DNA of 64,000 nt from a bacterium (GTDB taxonomy: Bacteria > JADJOY01). A model generated the notes under the pieces. The model saw only the letters and a program-made list of their open reading frames with translations, ran no database searches and was not told the origin of the DNA. How positions within the stretch are numbered: position 1 is the first letter of the stretch; every line of letters starts with the position of its first letter. Position numbers and translations under genes: made by a program. Below, in pieces: positions 19,956-30,594 of this stretch. The stretch is from assembly GCA_046331705.1 (NCBI GenBank), contig JAXLQJ010000001.1, forward strand, positions 124,001 to 188,000, written 5' to 3'.

Positions 19956-21985
19956 TCGATCGCGAGCGTGGTCTCGACGTAGGGCGCTTCGCGTACGGTG
20001 GCAGGCTTGCGTTGCAGCACCACCAAGAGCCATTCGCGCACCGAGGCCACGATCACGAGCGCGGTGACGCTCATGAACACCAGCGCCATCGTGGCGTTGA
20101 GCTTGTCGTTGAAGATGCGCCGGGCCGCGTCGGGGTCCGTCGAGCCGACGAGCGAGCTCTGGTGAGCGAGGAATCCGAGCGTGGGCAGCGGCGAGAAGAC
20201 CTTGAGGTAGCCCGCGGACATCACGACCACCAGCAGCCAGGCGAGCGGCAACAGCGTCACCCACGCGAACCGTTGCTTGCCCATCTTGATGAGCACGGTG
20301 GTGCCGACGCAGAGCGCCACGATGGCCAGCAATTGGTTGGCGATGCCGAAGAGCGGCCAGAGCGAGTTGATGCCGCCCAGCGGATCGACCACCCCCTGGT
20401 AGAGGAAATAGCCCCAGCCCGCCACCACCGCTGCGCTGGCGATCCACACTCCTGGCGCCCACGATACGTCGCCGAGCCTGGGCCACACGTGCCCCAGCAG
20501 CTCTTGCACCATGAAGCGTCCCACACGCGTGCCGGCGTCGATGGTCGTGAGGATGAAGAGCGCTTCGAACATGATCGCGAAGTGGTACCAGATCGCGGGC
20601 AGGCCGCTTCCGCCCAAGTTCTTGGTGACGCCGCCGAAGATCTGCGCGATGCCCACCGCCAACGACGGCGCGCCGCCCGCGCGCGCCACCAACGTCTTCT
20701 CGCCCATCTCGGCGGCGAGCGCCGCCATGTGCTCGGGCGTCACCACGAAACCCGCCTCGCTCAGCACGCTCGACGCGGCCACCAACGCCTTGGGTGAGGT
20801 GTTCATCTGGAAGTACACGCCGGGCTCGAGCGTGCACGCGGCGATCATCGCCATGACACCCACGAACGACTCGGTGAGCATGCCGCCGTAGCCGATGAGG
20901 CGAGCGTCGGGCTCGCGCGAGATCATCTTGGGCGTGGTCCCCGACGCCACCAGCGCGTGGAAGCCCGAGATCGCACCGCACGCGATGGTGATGAAGCAGA
21001 ACGGGAAGAGCTTGCCGGCGAAGACCGGCCCCTCGCCGAGGCGCGCGAACGGTGTGAGCGCCGGCATCTTGAGCGGCGGCAAGATGAAGAGGATCGCGAT
21101 CGCGAGCGCCACCACGGTCGCGACCTTGAGGAAGGTCGAGAGATAGTCGCGCGGCGCCAGCAGCACCCACACCGGCAGGACCGACGCCAGAAAGCCGTAG
21201 ATCATCAGCATCCAGCAGATGGACGTGGCGCTGCGCGTGAACGCCGCCGACCAGGTCGGGTGGTGGCCCACCCAGCTTCCGCCCACCAATGCCAGGATCA
21301 GCAGCGCACATCCGACGATCGACGCTTCACCCACCGCGCCGGGCCGCCACACCTTCATCCAGAAGCCCATCAACAGCGCGATGGGAATGGTGCACGCGAT
21401 CGTGAAGAGCCCCCATGGCGACTCCGCGAGCGCCTTCACCACGATCAACGCGAGCACCGCGAGCAAGATCACCATGATGAGCATGATGGCGATCATCGCG
21501 GTGAGCCCGGCGAAGCTCGAGATCTCCTCCTTCGCCATCTGGCCGAGCGATTTGCCGTCGCGCCTGAGCGACGCGAACAGAATCACGAAGTCCTGCACCG
21601 CCCCCGACAGCACCACGCCGATCACCAGCCAGAGCGTTCCCGGCAGATAGCCGAACTGCGCCGCGAGCACCGGCCCCACCAGCGGCCCGGCGCCGGCGAT
21701 GGCGGCGAAGTGGTGGCCGTAGAGCACCCATTTGTGGGTGGGCACGAAGTCCTTGCCGTTCCCGAGGCGCTCGGCCGGTGTCGCGCGCCGCGCGTCGAGA
21801 CCGAACACGCGCTCGGCGAGGAAGCGCGAGTAGAAGCGATACGCGACCGCGTACGTGCAGACCGCGGCGGTGACCAGCCAGGCCGCGCTCACGTGCTCGC
21901 CGCGGGAGAGAGCCAGGGTGGCGAACGCGACCGCGCCGAGGATGGCGACCGCGATCCAGAGAATCGTCGCGAAGACCTTGTTCAT
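19952..21985 (-). CDS. cstA: Carbon starvation protein CstA (peptide/pyruvate transporter family)
   Basis: GHHFAAIAGAGPLVGP, TIACGAISGFHAL, FEALFILTTIDAGTR and LWPLFGIANQLLA. Confidence 0.96.
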   Translation of the reverse strand: MNKVFATILWIAVAILGAVAFATLALSRGEHVSAAWLVTAAVCTYAVAYRFYSRFLAERVFGLDARRATPAERLGNGKDFVPTHKWVLYGHHFAAIAGAGPLVGPVLAAQFGYLPGTLWLVIGVVLSGAVQDFVILFASLRRDGKSLGQMAKEEISSFAGLTAMIAIMLIMVILLAVLALIVVKALAESPWGLFTIACTIPIALLMGFWMKVWRPGAVGEASIVGCALLILALVGGSWVGHHPTWSAAFTRSATSICWMLMIYGFLASVLPVWVLLAPRDYLSTFLKVATVVALAIAILFILPPLKMPALTPFARLGEGPVFAGKLFPFCFITIACGAISGFHALVASGTTPKMISREPDARLIGYGGMLTESFVGVMAMIAACTLEPGVYFQMNTSPKALVAASSVLSEAGFVVTPEHMAALAAEMGEKTLVARAGGAPSLAVGIAQIFGGVTKNLGGSGLPAIWYHFAIMFEALFILTTIDAGTRVGRFMVQELLGHVWPRLGDVSWAPGVWIASAAVVAGWGYFLYQGVVDPLGGINSLWPLFGIANQLLAIVALCVGTTVLIKMGKQRFAWVTLLPLAWLLVVVMSAGYLKVFSPLPTLGFLAHQSSLVGSTDPDAARRIFNDKLNATMALVFMSVTALVIVASVREWLLVVLQRKPATVREAPYVETTLAIE

Positions 21986-22200
21986 GGCGCGGAGGCTACG
22001 CCCGTGATCCCCCTCGATCAACCGCGGCAGCGCGCCGTGGCGGCGAACCGGCGACGAGCCCGCCCAGCGTGCGTCCGGGGGGCCGCGAGGTCGGGATCGA
22101 GCGGCGGCGTGACGGTCGGCGGGTCGCCGATCCTGCGCCGCGCCCTGATACGATCGCGGGTCTCCGTGCGCGCAGCCCGCGTGCCGCGAGCGATCGAACC

Positions 22201-23583
22201 ATGAGCTTCCAGGTGTCTGCGCGCGAGGACTTGCGGCGGCTCCTCGCCATCGCGTTGCCGATCACGCTCTACCAGATCGGCAGCATGATGCTCGGCGTGG
22301 TCGACATGCTCATGGTCGGCCACGTCGGCACGGACGCGGTGGCAGCGGCATCGCTCGGCATCCTGTGGGTCAACGGCACGTGGATCCTCGGCCTCGGCAT
22401 CGTGCTGGGCGTCGATCCGCTCATCAGCCAGGCCCACGGCGCGCAGGACGGTCGCGGTGTCGCGATCGCGTTCCAGCGCGGGATCGTCGTCGCCGTGCTG
22501 GTGAGCGTGCCGATCGGCATCGCGTGGGCGTTCGCGGGCCCGGTGTTGCGGGCGCTCGGCCAGAGCGCCGATCTCGCCGCCAGCGCCCGGTACTTCGTCT
22601 GGGCGCAGATTCCGACGCTGCCGTTCTACATGGCGACCACCGCGGTGCAGATGTATCTGGTGAACCGTGGCCGACCGATACCGATCGTGATCGTGGTGGT
22701 GGTCGGCAACGCCATCAATGCGTTGCTCGATTGGGTGCTCATCTACGGCCACCTCGGCGTGCCGGCGCTCGGCCTCACCGGCAGCGGCATCGCCACGGGC
22801 ATCACGCGCTTGGTGATGTTCGCGCTGCTCGGCGGCATGGTGTGGGGGCTCAGGCTGCACGAGGGAGCGTGGATTCCCTGGGGCAAGCACGCGTTCGACG
22901 TCGCGGGCTGGAAACAGATCGCCAGGATCGGCATGCCCACGGGGATCACGTATTTCCTGGAGATCTGGGCGTTTCAGATCGCGACACTGCTCGCCGGACG
23001 GCTCGGCAAGATGGAGCTGGCGGCGCATTCGATCGTGCTCAACATGGCGTCGCTCGCCTTCATGATCCCGATGGGAATCGCCGCCGGAGCCGCCACCCGC
23101 GTCGGTCATCTCATCGGCGAGGGCGATTCGCCGCGGGCGCAGCGCACCGCGCATCTGGCGCTCTCGGTCGGCGCGCTGGCGATGGGCGGGTCCGCGTCGC
23201 TGTTCGCGATCTTCCGCCACGAGCTGCCGCGGCTCTACGGCGCCGAGCCGGCGGTGGCGGCGCTCGCCACCACCATCCTGCCGATCGCCGCCACCTTCCA
23301 GCTCTTCGACGGCACGCAAGGCGTGGGCGGCGGGATCCTGCGAGGCATGGGGCGCACCCGCCCCGCCGCACTCTTCAACTTGATCGGCTACTACGTGCTC
23401 GCGCTGCCGCTCGCGTTCGTGCTGGCGTTCCGTCAGCACATGGGGCTGACGGGGTTGTGGTGGGGCCTGGCGATGGCGCTGGCGATGATCGCCACCGCGC
23501 TCGTGATCTTCATCGTGTTGCGTGGTCCGAAGACGGTCGAATCTCGCCTCGAGGTCGCGTCCTCCGCGCCAGCGAGCGCGTGA
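22201..23583 (+). CDS. MATE family efflux transporter (NorM-like)
   Basis: About 12 TM segments; VDMLMVGH, LEIWAF, ATRVGHLIG and FQLFDGTQ. Confidence 0.93.
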   Translation: MSFQVSAREDLRRLLAIALPITLYQIGSMMLGVVDMLMVGHVGTDAVAAASLGILWVNGTWILGLGIVLGVDPLISQAHGAQDGRGVAIAFQRGIVVAVLVSVPIGIAWAFAGPVLRALGQSADLAASARYFVWAQIPTLPFYMATTAVQMYLVNRGRPIPIVIVVVVGNAINALLDWVLIYGHLGVPALGLTGSGIATGITRLVMFALLGGMVWGLRLHEGAWIPWGKHAFDVAGWKQIARIGMPTGITYFLEIWAFQIATLLAGRLGKMELAAHSIVLNMASLAFMIPMGIAAGAATRVGHLIGEGDSPRAQRTAHLALSVGALAMGGSASLFAIFRHELPRLYGAEPAVAALATTILPIAATFQLFDGTQGVGGGILRGMGRTRPAALFNLIGYYVLALPLAFVLAFRQHMGLTGLWWGLAMALAMIATALVIFIVLRGPKTVESRLEVASSAPASA

Positions 23584-23598
23584 CGGTGCGGGCGTCGC

Positions 23599-24612
23599 TC
23601 ACGAGCCCAGATCGAGCGCCACGGCGTCGAGCGGCACGCGCGGCGTCGCCACCAGGCCGCCCAGCGTGAGCGCTTTCATCCACGCGAAGGGAGGACGCGG
23701 CGGCGCTCCATCCTCCAGAAACACGTGGCGAGCGAGCGCTTCCACGCGCGCGAGCATCGCGTTCACGAACACGTTGCCGGCGGCAGCGCTGGCGCGATGC
23801 GGCCGGCCCGTGTAGCCCGGAAAGGGACGCAGCGCCATCCAGCCGAGGCCCGCCGCCATGACGCGTAGCTCGCCGGCGAGGCGACGGTTGCCCGCGGCGC
23901 CCATCAGGCGAGAGAGCGCGAGCAGCGCTCGCGGTGGGCGCGTGGGTGAGCACGGCGGCAGCGCGGTGTGGTCGGGCGAGACGTGCTCCGCCGCCACCGC
24001 CAGCGCCACCGAGGTCTCGAAGAACCCCGCGTGAAAGTCGTCGGGTAGGGTGCGGAACATCTCGTCGCGCTCCGCGGCGTCGGCGATCCCGGTGAACGCA
24101 GCCTCGAACCCGGTCACGTCGCCCTGGATCATCGCGTCCAGCGCGAGCACCAGGGGCGCGATGGCGCGCACTCCGTGCCGCGTCAGCCAGTCGACTCCCG
24201 CCTGGACCGCGTGGTTGTGCATCGGGCTGCCGTGAAACGTCATGAGCACCACGCGCCGCGCGCCGAGCTCGGCTGCCGAGCGACACGCCTCGATCACCGC
24301 GCGCCGCACGTCGGCGTAGGAGACGTGCCGGGTGCCGGGTCCGGTGACCGGATCGACGCCAGCCTCGAGGTCCCCGGCGAGCAGGTACGGCCCGCCGAGC
24401 CCGGCGCGATCGAGGTGCCGCGCCAGCCGCCGCGCGAACCCGTGGCTCACCACGCGGTCGTTGTGAAGCGAGAGATGCGGCCCGTGATACTCGACCGGGT
24501 TGACGCAGAGGGTGACGGGCGCGCCGCTCGCCACCAGCGCTCGCGCGCGGCGATGCGGCATCGCGAGCAGCGAAAGGGTCTCGATCCCGTCGTCGTCCGC
24601 GACGGCGTTCAC
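23599..24612 (-). CDS. Creatininase family amidohydrolase
   Basis: PVEYHGPHL, FHG and DFHAGFFETS metal-ligand motifs; GTG start overlaps the upstream stop. Confidence 0.85.
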   Translation of the reverse strand: MNAVADDDGIETLSLLAMPHRRARALVASGAPVTLCVNPVEYHGPHLSLHNDRVVSHGFARRLARHLDRAGLGGPYLLAGDLEAGVDPVTGPGTRHVSYADVRRAVIEACRSAAELGARRVVLMTFHGSPMHNHAVQAGVDWLTRHGVRAIAPLVLALDAMIQGDVTGFEAAFTGIADAAERDEMFRTLPDDFHAGFFETSVALAVAAEHVSPDHTALPPCSPTRPPRALLALSRLMGAAGNRRLAGELRVMAAGLGWMALRPFPGYTGRPHRASAAAGNVFVNAMLARVEALARHVFLEDGAPPRPPFAWMKALTLGGLVATPRVPLDAVALDLGS

Positions 24613-25322
24613 GAGGCGGCCCGGAGCGACACCGCCGGGGGCGGCGGCAGCTTCTCCTCGACCGCTCGCGCCACGTCGCCCAGCAGCTCCTCGGATCCGG
24701 GCGCCAGCTCGACGTGGAGGTCCGCGACCAGCGCCGCGAGCGGATCCATCCGATCGTCGGCCACCAGGTTGACGGCCACGCGTCCCAGCGTTCGCACCAA
24801 TCGGAAGGCGAGCCCCGCGGAGCGCGTGTAGTCGGCGAGAAAGCGCAGCTCGACGAAGCGATCGAGAAGTGTCGCGAGCTCGCGGCGCATGTCGTCGCGA
24901 TCGCTTGCGAGCGTCGCGGCGCGCTCGCGGGCGTGCTGCCCGAAATGGCCGTAGTAACGGTCCAGCAGCCCGGGATCGCCCTCGATCAGCCAGCGGTCGA
25001 GAAGCATCTCCACCAGCACGTGCGCGAACACCGTGGACCAGCGCGATTCCGCGAGCAGCGGCTCGGCGCGCTCCGCCACCAGGCTGACGCGGCGGCTGAA
25101 GATCGGATGGCGGTGGAAGGCGGCATCGGCCTGCAGGTGATGAGCGATGCCATGGGCCAGGACGTGGCCGTCGCCATCGTCGCCGGCGCGCAGCCGATCC
25201 AAGACGAGCTTCGGCAGCGGGCGCATCGAGAGATGCGGCCAGAGATCGGGCAGCGCGGCGCCCAGGTACACGAGCGGCGGCGCGTCCGGACCCAGCACCC
25301 ACGCGTGCGAGAGGAAGTTCAC
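24609..25322 (-). CDS. ACP phosphodiesterase (AcpH)-like / Zn-dependent hydrolase-like protein
   Basis: MNFLSH N-terminus, GIAHHLQADAAFH and HVLVEMLLD motifs. Confidence 0.7.
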   Translation of the reverse strand: MNFLSHAWVLGPDAPPLVYLGAALPDLWPHLSMRPLPKLVLDRLRAGDDGDGHVLAHGIAHHLQADAAFHRHPIFSRRVSLVAERAEPLLAESRWSTVFAHVLVEMLLDRWLIEGDPGLLDRYYGHFGQHARERAATLASDRDDMRRELATLLDRFVELRFLADYTRSAGLAFRLVRTLGRVAVNLVADDRMDPLAALVADLHVELAPGSEELLGDVARAVEEKLPPPPAVSLRAAS

Positions 25323-25412
25323 GAGCCAGTCCTACAACACCGTGACCGAGGCGCAAAGCGAACCGCACGGTGCGGACGTGCTGCTACTCTCGCGGGTCGA
25401 GGAGATCCGCCG

Positions 25413-26969
25413 ATGGACACCCGTGTGATCGCCGCGGCTCGCGCCGCGTTTCCCGCCGATCCCCAGAGCGTCACCCTCGGCGCCGTGGTGCACGGCGGCG
25501 AGTGTCATCCCGAGCCGCTGGTGCGCATGCCGCTGGCGATGCTGAATCGCCACGGCCTCATCGCGGGCGCCACGGGCACCGGCAAGACCAAGACGCTCCA
25601 GCTCCTCGCCGAGCAGATCTGCGCGGCGGGGGTGCCGGTGTTCCTCGCGGACGTGAAGGGCGACCTCTCGGGGCTCGCCGTCGCGGGCGAGCCGAGCGCG
25701 CGCGTCACGACGCGTGCCCAGGAGACCGGCCACCCGTGGAAGCCGGGTGGCGTTCCCGTCGAGCTCTTGAGCCTCACCGGCAAGCGCGGTGCCCAGCTGC
25801 GCGCCACCGTGGGCTCGTTCGGCCCGACGTTGCTCGCCAAGGTCCTCGGGCTCAACGACACCCAGACCAGCGTCCTCACGATGGTCTTCAAGCTGTGCGA
25901 CGACCGCGACCTCGAGCTCTACGACTTCGCCGATCTGCGCGCCGTGCTGCAGTACCTCGCCGGCGATGGCGCCGAGCTCCTCGATGCGTACGGCGGGATG
26001 TCGAAGGCGACCGTCGGCGTGCTGTTGCGCGAGATGGTCGAGCTCGAGATGCAAGGCGCCCTCGCGTTCTTCGGCGAGCCCGAGCTCGAGATCGAGGACC
26101 TGATGCAGATCGACCGCGACGGGCGCGGCGTGGTGAGCGTGCTCGAGCTCGCGGACGTGCAAGACAAGCCGGCGCTCTTCTCCACCTTCCTCATGTGGCT
26201 GCTCGCGCGGCTCTACGGTGAGCTTCCCGAGGTGGGCGACGTCGACAAGCCCAAGCTGGTGTTCTTCTTCGACGAGGCGCACCTCCTCTTCGACGGCGCC
26301 AGCAAGGCGTTCGTGGATCAGGTGCAGCAAGTGGTCCGGCTGATCCGTTCGAAGGGCGTCGGCATCTTCTTCATCACCCAGAACCCCAAGGACGTTCCCG
26401 GCGACGTGCTCGGTCAGCTCGGCCACCGCGTGCAGCACGCGCTGCGGGCCTTCACACCCGACGACGAGAAGGCGCTCAACGCCGCCGCGCGCACCTTCGC
26501 GAAGACCAGCTTCTACGACGTGCCCGAGACCCTCACGACGCTCGGCATCGGGGAGGCGTTGGTGTCGGTGCTCTCGCCCAACGGTGTTCCGACCCCGCCG
26601 TTCGCGACCCGCCTGGTACCGCCGGCCTCGCGCATGGGCCCGCTCACGGAGGCCGAGATCGCTCCGCGCCTCGCGACGCCCCTGGTGCGGAAGTACGCGC
26701 AAGCGATCGACCGCGAGAGCGCGAGGGAGAAGCTCGCGGCGCGGGCGGAAGCCGCCGCGTCCGACGAGGTGGCTGCCGAGGCCGCGTCCGAGAACGCGTC
26801 CAAGGACGCGCGCGGACGGCGCGCTGCGGCGCCGAGGTCCGAACCCGATCGGCTGGGCCAGATCCTCAAATCGCCCGTGACCAAGGCCGTCGCCACCACG
26901 GTGGTGCGCGGCGTGCTCGGCGCGCTGCTCGGCACGCCGTCGCGGCGCCGTCGCCGCAGCCTCTGGTGA
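25413..26969 (+). CDS. HerA-like ATPase DUF853 (YjgR family)
   Basis: NRHGLIAGATGTGKT, FFFDEAH, RLIRSKGVG and QHALRAFTP. Confidence 0.94.
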   Translation: MDTRVIAAARAAFPADPQSVTLGAVVHGGECHPEPLVRMPLAMLNRHGLIAGATGTGKTKTLQLLAEQICAAGVPVFLADVKGDLSGLAVAGEPSARVTTRAQETGHPWKPGGVPVELLSLTGKRGAQLRATVGSFGPTLLAKVLGLNDTQTSVLTMVFKLCDDRDLELYDFADLRAVLQYLAGDGAELLDAYGGMSKATVGVLLREMVELEMQGALAFFGEPELEIEDLMQIDRDGRGVVSVLELADVQDKPALFSTFLMWLLARLYGELPEVGDVDKPKLVFFFDEAHLLFDGASKAFVDQVQQVVRLIRSKGVGIFFITQNPKDVPGDVLGQLGHRVQHALRAFTPDDEKALNAAARTFAKTSFYDVPETLTTLGIGEALVSVLSPNGVPTPPFATRLVPPASRMGPLTEAEIAPRLATPLVRKYAQAIDRESAREKLAARAEAAASDEVAAEAASENASKDARGRRAAAPRSEPDRLGQILKSPVTKAVATTVVRGVLGALLGTPSRRRRRSLW

Positions 26970-27108
26970 CGGGTGCTCCGGTCTTGCCGGCGCGTGGCCA
27001 GCAGTCGCGCCGCCCGTCGCGACCCGCGCGGGTGATCGTTGCTCGCGCGGGAAGCGCTGGCATACGATCGCGCTCTCCGCGACGGTTGAGCCCGAGCGAG
27101 GTCCAGTG

Positions 27109-28614
27109 ATGAGCGAACGATCGGCGAGCGGCACGACCGGCATTCACCGCATGGAGCGCGCCGGCGAAGGGCCGGCGACGGGCCGCGCCGAGCAGCGCAC
27201 GGCGCCGCGCTACGAGGTCTCGCTGCCGATGCGCTTCACCGTGGACGGCGAGACCTTCCACGAGGGCGTGTGCACCTCCATCAGCTCGGGCGGTGTGTTC
27301 GTGCAGGCGGAGCTCTTGCCGGCCATGAAGGCGAGCGTGTGGCTCGACGTGGCCCTGGGTGCCGGCGGCGAGCGCTTGCGCTGCTCCGGATCGGTGGTGA
27401 ATCTCAACCGCCGCTACGGTGCCGAGGTGATCTACGGCTTCGGGGTGCGCCTGGCGGATCGGCCGGCGGACCTGGTGGATCGCGTCGAGCGGCTGCGGGC
27501 GGCGTACCCGGGCCCGGTGCGCCTCGATGGTCTCGGTTTCGTGGTCTGGCCGCTCTACGGCGGGTCCGACCGCAACCTCGACGACAACGCCGTGGCGGGC
27601 TTGCAGGTCTGGAACGGGAGTCGCTGGATCGACGGCGGCCCGGCCACGCACGCGGTGGCGCCGGGCACCAAGGGTGTGGTCCTGGGCCGACCGATCGAGC
27701 AATACCTGCGCGCCATCCGCGCGCTGGCACCGCACGCCCAAGCGCTGCGCGAAGAGCTGGTGCCGTTCGGCTACTACGGAAAGTTCCTGACGCCGCAGGA
27801 GGGAGTTCCGCGACGGGTCCTGACCGAGGCGTTCGGCGCGCGAACGTCGGAGCTCGATCCGTGGCTGCGGGCGCTGGCGGTGCAGATGCGGCTGATCGAC
27901 GATCTCGCGAGCGCGGCGTGGCGTCTCGAGAACGTCGGCAGCGAGCAGCTGCGCACGCTCGCCGAGGCGGCACCCATCCTCGCGAGCGTTCGGGACGAGC
28001 TGACGGCTGCGGCGGACTCGAGCGCGGACGAGGAGAGCGCCGCGTCGGCGGGCCAGGCGGTGCGCGGCCTCGAAGCGCTCGAGCGCTTCGTGGAACGCGT
28101 CACCTGGGCAGCGCGCACGGTCGTGCCGCCCGCGGAGACGCCGCGCGCCTTCCAGGAGTGGAAGGCGACGCGGCGGACCAACGCGATCCGCCGCCGCGCG
28201 CGTGGCGAGGGCGGCGAGGCGGCGCTGGTTCCGGGCGTCGAGCTCGTGACCGTGCCCAAGCGACAGCTGCTGCTGGCGATCGGGTTGATGGTGCTGATCC
28301 TGGGGACGCTCGGGGTGATGATCGTGCGCATCCAGTCGCTGCCGAGCTTCAACCCCACCGAGCCGCCGCACGTGCTCGCGAAGGAGGAGCTCAACCGCCA
28401 TCTGCCGCTGGTGAAGGTGATCGTGCTCGGCAAGAAGGTCGTCGGCGTCGTGCCGGATGCGTGGGTCGAGCATCCCCAGGACGAGCGCCGGCGCGCGTTC
28501 GCCGGATTCTGCGAGGCGGTGTCCAACCGGGGCTTCGTCCAAGCGGAGCTCAAGACCGGCGATGGGCAGGAAGTGGCGTCCTGGGACAACGGCGAGATGC
28601 GCTTCCAGCGTTGA
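27109..28614 (+). CDS. PilZ-domain membrane protein
   Basis: N-terminal RxxxR (QRTAPR) and SISSGG PilZ-like motifs; single TM near the C-terminal third. Confidence 0.75.
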   Translation: MSERSASGTTGIHRMERAGEGPATGRAEQRTAPRYEVSLPMRFTVDGETFHEGVCTSISSGGVFVQAELLPAMKASVWLDVALGAGGERLRCSGSVVNLNRRYGAEVIYGFGVRLADRPADLVDRVERLRAAYPGPVRLDGLGFVVWPLYGGSDRNLDDNAVAGLQVWNGSRWIDGGPATHAVAPGTKGVVLGRPIEQYLRAIRALAPHAQALREELVPFGYYGKFLTPQEGVPRRVLTEAFGARTSELDPWLRALAVQMRLIDDLASAAWRLENVGSEQLRTLAEAAPILASVRDELTAAADSSADEESAASAGQAVRGLEALERFVERVTWAARTVVPPAETPRAFQEWKATRRTNAIRRRARGEGGEAALVPGVELVTVPKRQLLLAIGLMVLILGTLGVMIVRIQSLPSFNPTEPPHVLAKEELNRHLPLVKVIVLGKKVVGVVPDAWVEHPQDERRRAFAGFCEAVSNRGFVQAELKTGDGQEVASWDNGEMRFQR

Positions 28615-28692
28615 TCTCGTGGCGGTCGCGCGCGCTATCCTCGACGCTCGTTCTCGGCACCGGTCGTTCGCACGCATCCCAGGAGACGCCTC

Positions 28693-29034
28693 GTGACTTG
28701 GCTGACGGTGATCGCGGTCCTGCTCTTCCTCTACTCGTTCTACGCCGTGGTGCTGGGCGTGCCGTCGATCAGCCCGTACGAGGACGAGCGCGCCAAGCTG
28801 CCCGCGCACCAGTACGCGTACGCGAGCAAGATGTCGGCGAACTACACGCGCCGCGCCTGGCGGATCTGGGCAGGCGTGTCCCTCGTGCTCGCGGCGTTCC
28901 TGCTCGGGCGCATCGGCAAGATCGAAGGATTCTGGGCGTATCTCGTGCTGGTGCTGCTCGGCACGGTGCTGACGCGCGTCGCGTGGGTCGAGATCCGTCG
29001 CCCCTACCAGCCCGACAAGGTCACCAGCGGCTGA
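28693..29034 (+). CDS. Hypothetical membrane protein (3 TM)
   Basis: AGGAG RBS, GC3-rich codons and hydrophobic helices. Confidence 0.75.
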   Translation: MTWLTVIAVLLFLYSFYAVVLGVPSISPYEDERAKLPAHQYAYASKMSANYTRRAWRIWAGVSLVLAAFLLGRIGKIEGFWAYLVLVLLGTVLTRVAWVEIRRPYQPDKVTSG

Positions 29035-29037
29035 GTC

Positions 29038-30594
29038 TCAGCCGAGTCGGCTCGCGCGCCGCGCGAGGCGCCGGCGCAGGGTCGCGAGGATCTGGGTGGC
29101 GTCGTCGACGCGCAGCACCTGCAGCAAGAGCGCGTAGACGACGAGACCCGCGCCGCCGTAGACGATCCCCCGGCCGAGCGCCGGCAACGCGGTCAGGTGC
29201 GGCGCGAGCTGGGCCCGCGCCAGCCAGCCCGCGCCGATCGAGCCGGCCACCGCGGGCACCATGCGCGCGAAGAAGCCGAGATAGCGATCGACGCCGCCGG
29301 GGTAGCGCTTGCGCAGCGCGACCATCAGCGCCAGCACGTACGCCGTGATCGCGATCGAGCTGGCGCTGGCGAGGCCCACGGCGCCGAAGCGTGCGCGCAA
29401 GAGCACGTAGAGCGGGAACGCGAGCGGCACCAGCGCGGTGCCGAGGAGCGTCGGGTACCAGGTGTTGCCGATCGCATAGAAGCCGCGTGCGACGACGGTG
29501 TGCGCGGCCCAGGCCCAGAGCGAGATCGAGAAGATCGCGAGCGCCGTGCCGATCTCGGCGTGCTGCCCCGCCGAGATCCGTCCGCCGTAGATCACGCGCG
29601 CGATCTCGGGGCCCGCGCACGTGAACACCACCTGCGCCGCCAGCGCCAGCACCAGCATCCGCCGCACCGCGGTGGCGAGCGTGGCGTAGGCCTCGCTGCG
29701 ACGGCCCTCGGCGGCGAGACGGGTGAGCGTGGGGAACGCGGCGACGCCGGTGGCGAGGCCGAAGACGCCCATCGGCACCTTGGTGAGCGCCTTGCCGTAC
29801 TGCAGCGTCGAGACGACGCCCGCGCCGATCCGCGCGCCTTGGATCTTGAGGATCCAGTCGTCGACCACCACGATCGACCAGCCGAGCATGATCGGAAGCG
29901 AGCGCCACAGATACGTGCGCAGATCGCGATCGCGCAGATTCAGCGTCCACCGCCAGCGCAGCCCGGAGCGCAAGCATCCCGCGAGCGGCAGCGCGAAGGG
30001 GCCGAGGATGCTGCCCACGAGCACCCCCCACGCGAAGCCGTACGCCCCCAGCGCGTGACCGCCCGCGATGCCGCCCAGCACGATGCCCGCGTTGTAGACG
30101 AGCGGCGCCAGCGCCGGCAGCGCGTGCTCGTCGCGCGCTTGCAAGGTCGCCGACAGCAAGCCACCCACCAGATGGAAGACCTGCGCGGGCAGCATGATGC
30201 GCGTCAGCGCCACCAGCAGCGCCTGCTGCTCGGCGTCGAACGTGGGGGCGACCTGTCGTGCCAGGTACGGCGTCGCGATCCACAGGATCGGCAGCACCAC
30301 CGCGAGCACGGCGATCAGGAAGTTCGCGATCTCGCTGAACGCGTGCCAGCCGCGCTCGGCGTCGCCGCGCGCCAGGTGCTCGCCGAAGATCGGGATGAAG
30401 ACCAGGGACAGCGCGCCGCCCGCCAGCAAGTAGTTCAAGAAATCGGGCAGCACGAACGCGACGAAATAGACGTCGGCGGAACCGCCCACGCCGAGCACGC
30501 GCCCGATCGCCGCTTCCCGGACCAGCCCGATCACCCGCGAGAGCAGGATCGAGGTGCCCCAGATGAGCGAGGCGATTCCGATGCGGCGCGACAT
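29038..30594 (-). CDS. murJ: Lipid II flippase MurJ (MviN)
   Basis: LLSRVIGLVRE, AFVLPD, GGALSLVFIP and RGFYA motifs; multi-TM. Confidence 0.93.
   Translation of the reverse strand: MSRRIGIASLIWGTSILLSRVIGLVREAAIGRVLGVGGSADVYFVAFVLPDFLNYLLAGGALSLVFIPIFGEHLARGDAERGWHAFSEIANFLIAVLAVVLPILWIATPYLARQVAPTFDAEQQALLVALTRIMLPAQVFHLVGGLLSATLQARDEHALPALAPLVYNAGIVLGGIAGGHALGAYGFAWGVLVGSILGPFALPLAGCLRSGLRWRWTLNLRDRDLRTYLWRSLPIMLGWSIVVVDDWILKIQGARIGAGVVSTLQYGKALTKVPMGVFGLATGVAAFPTLTRLAAEGRRSEAYATLATAVRRMLVLALAAQVVFTCAGPEIARVIYGGRISAGQHAEIGTALAIFSISLWAWAAHTVVARGFYAIGNTWYPTLLGTALVPLAFPLYVLLRARFGAVGLASASSIAITAYVLALMVALRKRYPGGVDRYLGFFARMVPAVAGSIGAGWLARAQLAPHLTALPALGRGIVYGGAGLVVYALLLQVLRVDDATQILATLRRRLARRASRLG

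Noticed and set aside
25413-26969. HerA-like ATPase as an anti-phage or conjugation component
   Set aside because: Matches the widespread stand-alone DUF853/YjgR family; no NurA, SIR2, nuclease or T4SS neighbours.
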